A stretch of DNA of 64,000 bases. It comes from an uncultured Acidobacteriota bacterium. Lineage in GTDB: Bacteria > Acidobacteriota > Polarisedimenticolia > J045. How positions within the stretch are numbered: position 1 is the first letter of the stretch; each line of letters begins with the position of its first letter. The stretch is from positions 68,182 through 132,181 of the forward strand of contig CAVPCQ010000010.1 in NCBI GenBank assembly GCA_963702425.1. The letters run 5' to 3'. Positions 56,892 through 64,000 of this stretch are shown here, piece by piece. The notes under the pieces were generated by a model. The model was not told the DNA's origin. It ran no database searches and was given only the letters and a program-made list of their open reading frames with translations. The translations under genes and the position numbers were made by a program.

Positions 56892-58781
56892 ATGTCGAAC
56901 GATCGCGGCCCGCGCGCGTGCGCGGTTCTCCTCGTGGCTCTGCTGGCCCTGCTGACGCCGCTTCCGGGCCTCGTCATGGCCGGCGACGCTCCCGGCACTC
57001 CCCCCGGCGTCCCCACCGTCCGCGCCGGCTTCGTCGAGACCAACGGGGCACGGCTCTACTACGAGGACGCCGGGCAGGGCCGCCCGCTCGTCCTGCTGCA
57101 CGGCGGCCTGCTCGACCGGCGGATGTGGGACGCGCAGTTCCTCGAATGGGCGAAGCGGTTCCGCGTCGTGCGGTACGATGCGCGCGCGCACGGCCTGAGC
57201 GAGACCGGGCCCCAGACCTACTCGCCGGAAGCCGACCTGCAGGCGCTGATCGACGCGCTGCAGCTCGAGCGGCCGGTGCTGGTCGGGATGTCGCTCGGCG
57301 GGCGCGTCGCGATCGACTTCGGGATCGCACACCCGGAGGAGCCCGCGGCCCTGGTCCTGGTCGGTCCGGGCCTCTCCGGGTACGAGTTCAAGGACGCGGA
57401 GGTCCTGGCCGCGGAACGGCAGCAGGAGAAGGCGGCGCACGAGGGCGACGCCGCGGCGTTCGTCGAGGCCTACCAGCGGGCCTGGACCGACGGGCCGAAG
57501 CGCGCCCCGGGCCAGGTCGATCCGGCGGTGCGGGAGAAGGTCGGCGCGATGGCGCGGAACTCCGTCGCGAAGTTCGAGGGGAGCGGGCCGATGCTGCGCC
57601 CGGATCCGCCGGCGATCGGGCGGCTGCGCGAGATCCAGGCCCCGGTGCTGCTCGTGGTCGGCGAACTGGACGCCGCCGGAATCCACGAGATCGCGGCGCT
57701 GATCGAAACGCAGGTGCCGCGGACCCGCCGGGTCTCGATTCCCGGGGCGGGCCACGCGGTGAACATGGAGAAGCCCGGCGAGTTCAGCGCCGCCGTGCTC
57801 GAGTTCCTCGGCACGCTGCCCGCGCCGGCGCTGACCGCCGGCACGAATTTCTACGAGAAGAGCCTGCACTCCACGAACCGCGGGATCGCGTACTGGTACG
57901 CGAAGGAGCAGGGAGGCCTCGAGCGCCTGACGGGCCTCACCGTCGACCAGATGGGCTGCATGAAGGCCAAGTGCCACGTGAAGAGCTGCGACGTCTGCCA
58001 CCGCGTCGAGGCCGCGGGCCAGGCGGCCTACGCCGCGACGGCGGCCCGCGCCGAGCAGGCCTGTCCCCGCTGCCACTCGGTCGATCCCGAGAACGCGACG
58101 AAGGACATCCACGCGGCGCGCGGCATGACCTGCACTAGCTGCCATGCCGCGCGCGACCTCCACGGCGACGGCGTGGCCTACGACTCGTGCCTCCAGGAAG
58201 GCGCCGTCTCGGCGAGCTGCGAGGGCTGCCACACCGCGCTCCCGCCCAGCCGCAGCCACACCGTGCACGCCGGCAAGGTCGACTGCACGGCCTGCCACAC
58301 CCACGAGTACTGGACCTGCGTCAACTGCCACGTCGACACGCGGGTCGCCGAGAACCGGGACGAGTCGGTCCTCCTGACCGAGATGCTCTTCCTCGTCAAC
58401 CGCCGCGGGAAGGTGACGCTGGGCAACTTCCTGAGCTACGTCTACCGCGGGAAGACGATGATCACGTTCGCGCCCTGGTTCTCGCACTCGGTGATGAAGG
58501 AGGGACGCCCGTGCGAAGCGTGCCACGCGAGCCCGCTCGTGCTGGACGCCGCGGACGGCCAGATCCGCGCCTTCTGGTGGGAGAACGGCGAGGTGCGGAG
58601 CGTGAAGGGGGTGGTCCCGGTGGTGGAGGGGATGAGCTGGGACATCGCGTGGCTCGATCGCGCCGACGGGAAGTGGGTTCCCCTGGCCGACCCTCCGAAG
58701 CCGCTGGTGAACTACTCGGGTTGGTGCAGTCCGCTGACGGCGGAGCAGCTGGCGCGGCTGGCGAAACCACAGCGTCGGTGA
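56892..58781 (+). CDS. Exported alpha/beta-hydrolase fused to a multiheme (7 CxxCH + 1 Cx4CH) cytochrome c
   Basis: Signal peptide; LLHGG, GMSLGG, GELD, GAGHAV; then CMKAKCH, CDVCH, CPRCH, CTSCH, CEGCH, CTACH, CVNCH, CEACH in one frame. Confidence 0.85.
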   Translation: MSNDRGPRACAVLLVALLALLTPLPGLVMAGDAPGTPPGVPTVRAGFVETNGARLYYEDAGQGRPLVLLHGGLLDRRMWDAQFLEWAKRFRVVRYDARAHGLSETGPQTYSPEADLQALIDALQLERPVLVGMSLGGRVAIDFGIAHPEEPAALVLVGPGLSGYEFKDAEVLAAERQQEKAAHEGDAAAFVEAYQRAWTDGPKRAPGQVDPAVREKVGAMARNSVAKFEGSGPMLRPDPPAIGRLREIQAPVLLVVGELDAAGIHEIAALIETQVPRTRRVSIPGAGHAVNMEKPGEFSAAVLEFLGTLPAPALTAGTNFYEKSLHSTNRGIAYWYAKEQGGLERLTGLTVDQMGCMKAKCHVKSCDVCHRVEAAGQAAYAATAARAEQACPRCHSVDPENATKDIHAARGMTCTSCHAARDLHGDGVAYDSCLQEGAVSASCEGCHTALPPSRSHTVHAGKVDCTACHTHEYWTCVNCHVDTRVAENRDESVLLTEMLFLVNRRGKVTLGNFLSYVYRGKTMITFAPWFSHSVMKEGRPCEACHASPLVLDAADGQIRAFWWENGEVRSVKGVVPVVEGMSWDIAWLDRADGKWVPLADPPKPLVNYSGWCSPLTAEQLARLAKPQRR

Positions 58782-58815
58782 CAGGGGCACCGACGACCGC
58801 AGCGCCCGACCGCCG

Positions 58816-59043
58816 CTACTTGGCGGACTTGGCCTTCTTGGCGCGCGACTTGGACGCCGGCTTGGTCGGGGCCTCGACGCTGGTCGCCTCGAGCTGGACC
58901 ATGCTGGTCACGAACTTCTTCCGCCCGCCCTTGTCGAAGTCGATGATGGTGTAGGGCTGGGTCACGTCCGCGATCGTCCCGGTCCCGTAGATGGGATGAA
59001 TCACCCGCTCGCTGACGCCGAAGGTCGAAGAGGTCTTGGACAT
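58816..59043 (-). CDS. Small basic protein with Tudor/SH3-like motif (similar to the UvrD/PcrA C-terminal domain)
   Basis: RBS AAGGA; RVIHPIYGTGTI...IDFDKGGRKKF; Lys-rich tail. Confidence 0.65.
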   Translation of the reverse strand: MSKTSSTFGVSERVIHPIYGTGTIADVTQPYTIIDFDKGGRKKFVTSMVQLEATSVEAPTKPASKSRAKKAKSAK

Positions 59044-59212
59044 GGGCTAAGTCCTTCCTGGGAAACGCCCGCGAGGCGAGGCTCGCGACCGGCTTACTGG
59101 GTGGTGACGTCGCACCGGTCACTTCGACGGACGCCGAACAATAATGATAACGCATCCCGGCCGTTCGCGCTCCTGACGTGTTCCGGGCCGGCTTCCCGGC
59201 CTGCGACGCCGC

Positions 59213-59902
59213 TCAGAACAGCCCCAGCGTCGCGCGCGCGGTGAACCAGCCGCCGATGGCCAGGAAGACCGCGGCGGTAAGCCAGCGCGCCCAGCGCCCG
59301 ACCTGCGTCACGCGATCGAACGCCGATCCGACCCAGCTCGCGCCGAGGCCCAGCGGGATCGCGAAGCCGAGCACCGGGACCGCGGTCCCCAGCCCGTAGG
59401 CCGACGGCAGCAGCACGCTGGACCGCGTCTCGAGCGCGAGCGGCACCAGGCTGCCGAAGAACAGCGCCGCCGAGATCGGGCAGAAGCTGAGCGCGAAGAC
59501 GAAGCCCAGCAGTGCGGCCCCCGGCAGTCCCATCCGATCGACGCGGCGTTGCAGCGACTCCGAGACGCCGCGGCCGCCGAGCGGCAGCCGGACCGCACCC
59601 AGCAGCACGAGTCCGGTGAGCAGCAGGATCGGCCCCAGCGCCGCCGTCATCCAGCGCTGCAGCCCGTGCGACAGCCTGGGGGCGGAGAGCAGGCCCAGCA
59701 CCAGCAGGCCGCCGACCAGGACGTACGCCAGCGCGCGTCCGGCCGCGTAGAGGAGCCCCGCCCAGACGACGCGCCGCGGCTGGTCGACCTGCGTGCCGAC
59801 GTACGACACCGCCACGATGTTGGTCGCCAGGGGGCAGGGGCTGATCGAGGTCAGGATTCCCAGCCACAGCGCCGTCGCGGCGCCGGCGAGCAGCTCGGTC
59901 AC
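59213..59902 (-). CDS. ArsG-family / CcdA(DsbD)-like membrane protein
   Basis: LGILTSISPCPLATNI, GRALAY, FALSFCPISAALFFG (two intramembrane Cys-Pro motifs). Confidence 0.85.
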   Translation of the reverse strand: MTELLAGAATALWLGILTSISPCPLATNIVAVSYVGTQVDQPRRVVWAGLLYAAGRALAYVLVGGLLVLGLLSAPRLSHGLQRWMTAALGPILLLTGLVLLGAVRLPLGGRGVSESLQRRVDRMGLPGAALLGFVFALSFCPISAALFFGSLVPLALETRSSVLLPSAYGLGTAVPVLGFAIPLGLGASWVGSAFDRVTQVGRWARWLTAAVFLAIGGWFTARATLGLF

Positions 59903-59919
59903 AGGGCCGCTCGCACCGG

Positions 59920-60357
59920 TCAGCGCTGCTTGAGGAAGGCGGTGATCTGCACGCGGACGTACTGCTTGAACTCGTCCTCCTCGTGCGCGAGCTGCCAGAT
60001 CTTGTCGAGGTTCCGGTAGCGAACCTGCCGGCCGCCGACCGTCTCCACCAGCACGACGGACGGGCCGACGAGCTTGAAATCCTCGATGAAGTGCTCGTTC
60101 GCCGCCTCGTCGTAGTTGACGACGCGCCAGTCGATCGACTTGTCCTTGAGCTGGGCAGGGAAGTCGGTCTTCAGGACCGCGGTCGTCATGCCCTCCATCC
60201 CGACACAGGTTCGGCAGCGCACCTTGCCGTGAAAGTAGTAGGCGACGACCTGCCGGTCGCCCGCCGCCGGCCCGTCGCCGGCGAACGCGGTAACGCCGAA
60301 GGTGGAGAGCAGGGTGAGGACGGCCAGCGCGACCGGGACGAAAGCGCGTCTTGTCAT
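59920..60357 (-). CDS. ArsF-family exported thioredoxin-fold protein
   Basis: Start MTRRAFVPVAL overlaps the arsR stop; YYFHGKVRCRTC; NLDKIW. Confidence 0.8.
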   Translation of the reverse strand: MTRRAFVPVALAVLTLLSTFGVTAFAGDGPAAGDRQVVAYYFHGKVRCRTCVGMEGMTTAVLKTDFPAQLKDKSIDWRVVNYDEAANEHFIEDFKLVGPSVVLVETVGGRQVRYRNLDKIWQLAHEEDEFKQYVRVQITAFLKQR

Positions 60358-60791
60358 CGAGCGTTGCTCCTTACCTGTTTGGGCCGCGGCGCGCGGCGCG
60401 CGGGCTTGACGATGCCGAGACGGACCAGATCGCGGTCGGCGCGACAGACTTCCTCGAGGGGGATCGCCCGGAGCGAGCGCAGGATGCGGCGATCCTCGAC
60501 GACCTGGGCGTCGCGCACGAGGTCCTCCAGGACCTCGTCGAGCCACGCCGGCCGGGACGACGGCTCGACGAGCCGGTAGAGGACCCAGCGCCCGTCCTTC
60601 CGCTCGACGACCAGCCCGGCCGCACGCAGCTCCGCCAGGTGCTCGGACGCGGTGGAGTTGGCGAGCCCGAGCAGGGCGGTGAGCTGGCAGACGCACAGCT
60701 CCCCGGCCGCCAGCGCGGCCAGAAGGCGCAATCGGACCGGGTGGCCGAGGACCTTCAGCCGCGAGGCGGTCGAGGGGATCGAGGCCGGCAT
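60354..60791 (-). CDS. arsR: As(III)-responsive ArsR repressor
   Basis: LKVLGHPVRLRLL, GELCVC metal-binding box, STASEHLAELR, RKDGRWVLYRL; extra C-terminal Cys. Confidence 0.9.
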   Translation of the reverse strand: MPASIPSTASRLKVLGHPVRLRLLAALAAGELCVCQLTALLGLANSTASEHLAELRAAGLVVERKDGRWVLYRLVEPSSRPAWLDEVLEDLVRDAQVVEDRRILRSLRAIPLEEVCRADRDLVRLGIVKPARRAPRPKQVRSNAR

Positions 60792-60792
60792 C

Positions 60793-60818
60793 ATTTCTCC
60801 AATTCCCGAAATAGTGTA
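60793..60818 (-). promoter_or_regulatory. -10 box and imperfect palindromic operator in the 66-bp divergent gap
   Basis: Minus strand TACACT followed by ATTTCG-ggaattgg-AGAAAT, overlapping the arsR start region. Confidence 0.6.
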
Positions 60819-60857
60819 CTCTAAGTTCCTCGGCGCGTCGCCCGGAGAATCGCGAGC

Positions 60858-61319
60858 ATGACGCAGGGTCCGGATTACCTCGAGGCAAGGATAGACAAGT
60901 TCATCCTGCGGGTGGCGCGGGACCGCGCCTACACCGCGGAAGGGGTCTGGGCGCGCCCCGAGTCGGACGGCACGATGCGCCTCGGGGTGAGCGACTACCT
61001 GCAGCAGAGCAGCGGCGACGTGACCTTCGCCACCGTGCGCCCGGCCGGGACGCACCTGGCCGCGGGCGACCCGTTCGTCGACTTCGAGACGATCAAGATC
61101 GTGACCGAGCTGGGCAGCCCGGTCGCCGGGACGATCGTCGAGGTCAACCCGGAGCTGGTTCTCGCCCCGGAGCGGATCAACCAGGACCCCTACGGCGCGG
61201 GGTGGATGGCCCGCGTGGCCTTGGACCCGTCGGCCCCCGCCGGCCCGCCGCTGCTCGAGCCGCCGGCCTACTTCGAGCTGATGAAGCGGCGCGCGGAAGA
61301 GGAGATCGGCGGGCGATGA
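60858..61319 (+). CDS. Stand-alone GcvH-like lipoyl-carrier protein
   Basis: LGVSDYLQQSSGDV, FETIKIV (lipoyl-Lys position), SPVAGTIVEVNPEL, PERINQDPYGAGW; no gcvT or gcvP in the window. Confidence 0.88.
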   Translation: MTQGPDYLEARIDKFILRVARDRAYTAEGVWARPESDGTMRLGVSDYLQQSSGDVTFATVRPAGTHLAAGDPFVDFETIKIVTELGSPVAGTIVEVNPELVLAPERINQDPYGAGWMARVALDPSAPAGPPLLEPPAYFELMKRRAEEEIGGR

Positions 61320-61738
61320 AGCGGACGAGCAGCGAGACCGTGGTCATCCCGTGCAGCGGGATCGGCAAGCCGTTCGGTTCCGTCAGCCGCGAGGCCGCCT
61401 ACGAGGTCGTCGAGGCGCTGCGCCCGGGCCGCGCGCGCCTGGTCGCGCTCTCGCGCCTGGTCCTCGGCGACGAGGAGGCGCGGGACGCGGTGGCGAGCCG
61501 TCCGGTCGTGACGATCGACGGCTGCAAGCTGGCGTGCGCGGCCAAGATGGCGAAGGCGAGCGGCGCGCGCGAGGTGCGCGAGCTGGCCGTGATCGACACC
61601 TTCCGCCGCCACCCGAAGCTGAAGCCGGAGGGGATCGCGGAGCTGAACGAGGCCGGGCAGCAGCTTGCCCGCGTTCTCGCCGAAGAGATCGCCGCGATCG
61701 TCGACGAGCACGCCCGCAGGGAGGGGACCGATGCCTGA
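61316..61738 (+). CDS. DGC-domain putative zinc-binding protein 1
   Basis: ATGA overlap; VVIPCSG, TIDGCKLACA. Confidence 0.85.
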   Translation: MKRTSSETVVIPCSGIGKPFGSVSREAAYEVVEALRPGRARLVALSRLVLGDEEARDAVASRPVVTIDGCKLACAAKMAKASGAREVRELAVIDTFRRHPKLKPEGIAELNEAGQQLARVLAEEIAAIVDEHARREGTDA

Positions 61739-62186
61739 GCTGCCGAAGCGCAAGGTCGGGATCGTGGCCTGCTCCGGCGAGGAGATCGCCGAGGGGACCG
61801 TGACGCGCCTCGCGGCGCTGCGGGTGCTGCACGACCTGCGCCCGGAGGACACGGTGACGATCTGCCTGCCGCTGTTCCTCGCCGGCGGGGAAGGGGACCG
61901 CGCCTTCGCGCGCTTCTACCCGACGGTCACGATCGACGGCTGCGAGAAGCGCTGCGCCGCGCACGGCACCGCGACCTACTCGGCGGAGCCGGCCGCGTCC
62001 GTGGTGGTGAGCGAGCTGGTGACCGAGTGCGGCATCGGGGCGGTCGAGGGGCGGCGCCGCCTGAACGACGCGGGCCGGCAGGCGGTCGAGGCGACGGCCG
62101 CGCGGGTGGTCGCCCTCGTCGACGGGCTGTTGAAGCCACCGCGCGGGCGCCGTTTCACCGCGACGCTGCCGTCGGCCGGCCCGTGA
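61731..62186 (+). CDS. DGC-domain putative zinc-binding protein 2
   Basis: Overlapping start; IVACSG, TICLP, TIDGCEKRCA. Confidence 0.85.
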   Translation: MPELPKRKVGIVACSGEEIAEGTVTRLAALRVLHDLRPEDTVTICLPLFLAGGEGDRAFARFYPTVTIDGCEKRCAAHGTATYSAEPAASVVVSELVTECGIGAVEGRRRLNDAGRQAVEATAARVVALVDGLLKPPRGRRFTATLPSAGP

Positions 62187-62647
62187 GCCGGACCGCGATC
62201 TACCACGCGACGGTCACCTGGACCGGGGAGCACCTCGGCCGGGTGGCGCTGGGGAACGGCCCGGAGATGACGTTCTCCGCGCCCCCTGACGCCCACGGCC
62301 ATGCCGGGGTCCTGACGCCCGAGGACGCGTTCGTCGCCGCGGTCAACACCTGCGTGATGCTGATGTTCGTCTGGGCGGCCGAGCGCTTCAAGCTCGAGCT
62401 GCTGGCGTACGAGTGCCGGGCCGAGGGGACCAAGCGGATCGAGTTCGACCGGACCGAGATCTTCACGGAGGTCCGGCTGACGCCGCGCATCCGCGTCGCG
62501 GCCGGGGCGGAAGCGCCGGCAGTCGTCGAGGCCCGGACCCGCCGCGCGCTCGAGGGCGCGCAGAAATACAGCCTGGTCGCCAACTCGATCAAGTCCGCGC
62601 TCGTCGTCGAGCCTTCGATAGAGATCGTCGAGGAGGGACACCGATGA
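62183..62647 (+). CDS. OsmC/Ohr-family protein
   Basis: GTGA overlap; FSAPP, TPEDAFVAAVNTC; second site reads KYSLVANSIK (Ser where Cys is usual). Confidence 0.85.
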   Translation: MSRTAIYHATVTWTGEHLGRVALGNGPEMTFSAPPDAHGHAGVLTPEDAFVAAVNTCVMLMFVWAAERFKLELLAYECRAEGTKRIEFDRTEIFTEVRLTPRIRVAAGAEAPAVVEARTRRALEGAQKYSLVANSIKSALVVEPSIEIVEEGHR

Positions 62648-62886
62648 TCGAGGTGAAGGTCCTGGGACCCGGGTGCCCCAACTGCTCGCGGCTGGCCGAT
62701 CTCGTGACGCGGGCCGCGGCCGGCCTCGGCGTCGAGGCGTCGGTCGAGAAGGTCACCGGCATGGGCGCGATCGTGCAGTACCGGATCCTCGCCACGCCGG
62801 GGCTCGTCGTCGACGGGAAGCTGGTCTGCTCGGGGCGGGTTCCGACGGAAGCCGAGATCACGGGCTGGCTGGCCGGCGCGCGCTGA
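62644..62886 (+). CDS. Small thioredoxin-like redox-active disulfide protein (MTH895/ArsE family)
   Basis: [29 protein letters not shown]. Confidence 0.92.
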   Translation: MIEVKVLGPGCPNCSRLADLVTRAAAGLGVEASVEKVTGMGAIVQYRILATPGLVVDGKLVCSGRVPTEAEITGWLAGAR

Positions 62887-62899
62887 CAGGAGGCACTCG

Positions 62900-64000
62900 A
62901 TGAGCAGGGGATCTACCGCCGTGAACGGCCCGGCGCCGCGCGAAGCGGCTGGTGTGGCGAAGCGCCTGTCGTTCCTCGACCGCTACCTCACGCTCTGGAT
63001 CTTCCTCGCGATGGCGGTGGGGGTCGGCGCGGGGTTCCTGTTTCCGGGCGTCGTGCCGTTCATCAACCGGTTCAACGTCGGGACGACTTCGATCCCGATC
63101 GCCATCGGGCTCATCCTGATGATGTACCCGCCGCTGGCGAAGGTGCGTTACGAGGAGATGGGCCGGGTCTTCCGCAACACGAAGGTCCTCGGGCTGTCGC
63201 TGGTCCAGAACTGGATCATCGGCCCGATCCTGATGTTCGTCCTGGCGGTGCTCTTCCTGCGCGACAAGCCCGAGTACATGGTCGGCCTGATCCTGATCGG
63301 CCTCGCCCGCTGCATCGCGATGGTCATCGTCTGGAACGACCTGGCCAAGGGCGACACCGAGTACTGCGCGGGGCTCGTCGCCTTCAACTCGGTCTTCCAG
63401 GTCTTCCTCTACTCGGTCTACGCCTACCTCTTCATCACGATCCTGCCGACCTGGCTGGGCCTTCAGGGGGTGGCCGTCCACATCACGATCGGCGAGATCG
63501 CCAAGAGCGTCTTCATCTACCTCGGCATTCCCTTCCTGGCGGGGATCATCACGCGGTTTTCGCTGATCAGGCTCAAGGGCAAGGAGCTGGTACGACACCA
63601 GGTTCATCCCGAAGATCAGCCCGATCACGCTCGTCGCGCTGCTCTTCACGATCGTCGTGATGTTCTCGCTCAAGGGCGAGAAGATCGTCGAGCTGCCGCT
63701 CGACGTGGTCCGCATCGCCATCCCGCTCCTGATCTACTTCGTGGTGATGTTCTTCATCTCCTTCTTCATGAGCAAGAAGGTCGGTGCGACCTACGGCCAG
63801 GCGACGACGCTGTCGTTCACCGCCGCGTCGAACAACTTCGAGCTGGCGATCGCCGTGGCGGTCGCGACCTTCACCATCAACCACGGCGCCGCCTTCGCGG
63901 CGGTGATCGGGCCGCTGGTCGAGGTGCCGGTCCTGATCGGCCTCGTCAACGTCGCGCTCTGGCTGGGGCGCAGGTACTACGGGAGCGGGGAGGTCGGCGC
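62900..64000 (+). CDS. acr3: ACR3-family arsenite efflux permease; +1 frameshift at 63587; runs off the window
   Basis: [36 protein letters not shown]; removing C63587 restores [15 protein letters not shown]...[12 protein letters not shown]...GPLVEVPVL. Confidence 0.93.
   Translation, partial: MSRGSTAVNGPAPREAAGVAKRLSFLDRYLTLWIFLAMAVGVGAGFLFPGVVPFINRFNVGTTSIPIAIGLILMMYPPLAKVRYEEMGRVFRNTKVLGLSLVQNWIIGPILMFVLAVLFLRDKPEYMVGLILIGLARCIAMVIVWNDLAKGDTEYCAGLVAFNSVFQVFLYSVYAYLFITILPTWLGLQGVAVHITIGEIAKSVFIYLGIPFLAGIITRFSLIRLKGKELVRHQVHPEDQPDHARRAALHDRRDVLAQGREDRRAAARRGPHRHPAPDLLRGDVLHLLLHEQEGRCDLRPGDDAVVHRRVEQLRAGDRRGGRDLHHQPRRRLRGGDRAAGRGAGPDRPRQRRALAGAQVLRERGGRR

Noticed and set aside
60858-61319. 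Canonical glycine cleavage operon
   Set aside because: No gcvT, gcvP or lpd adjacent; the gene is translationally coupled to DGC genes instead.
59920-62886. Selenocysteine recoding in the redox genes of the ars locus
   Set aside because: All CxxC and DGC positions are ordinary Cys codons; the TGA codons are true stops overlapping the next start.
63580-63595. Programmed frameshift or true pseudogenisation of acr3
   Set aside because: No slippery sequence, both halves are fully conserved, and similar single-base indels occur elsewhere in the window; a sequencing error is more likely.
134-63884. Many long ORFs in the track (for example 598-2352, 3906-6908, 15328-17502, 21701-23659, 35575-37731, 56853-58790)
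   Set aside because: Arg/Gly/Pro-rich or antisense shadows of real genes, expected at this GC content; no motifs.

Overview
High-GC (roughly 70% by eye) bacterial DNA, densely coding, with no rRNA, tRNA or CRISPR array seen. The style of its secreted proteins suggests an Acidobacteriota-like genome, but that is inference only. Most long ORFs in the supplied track are antisense or off-frame shadows, and many true starts lie inside them. Layout: (1) 1-18.6 kb, an extracellular island with four S8 subtilases, a >1290-aa secreted protein and a Cys-rich propeller-like protein; (2) 18.7-38.2 kb, mixed metabolism: Zn-ADH, GNAT, sulfatase, ABC exporter, HemJ-like, HDAC, WG-repeat, CoA-transferase-GNAT fusion, DDAH, DeaD, a tetraheme/NrfC/NrfD module and a MetX-homoserine dehydrogenase fusion; (3) 39-49 kb, a sigma54 activator and a mosaic downstream operon; (4) 49.5-56.6 kb, phospholipid genes, a repeat-flanked SDR, a Tat nitroreductase-like protein, an IS91-like remnant and an SdpR operon; (5) 56.9-64 kb, an alpha/beta-hydrolase-multiheme cytochrome fusion and an arsenic locus. 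Best candidates for undescribed biology: a stand-alone lipoyl-carrier (GcvH-like) + two DGC proteins + OsmC module inside the ArsR/ArsEFG/Acr3 locus; the hydrolase-octaheme fusion; and a short FN3-like C-terminal tail shared by six otherwise largely unrelated exported proteins or remnants (candidate sorting signal). Several single-base frameshifts look like sequencing errors.
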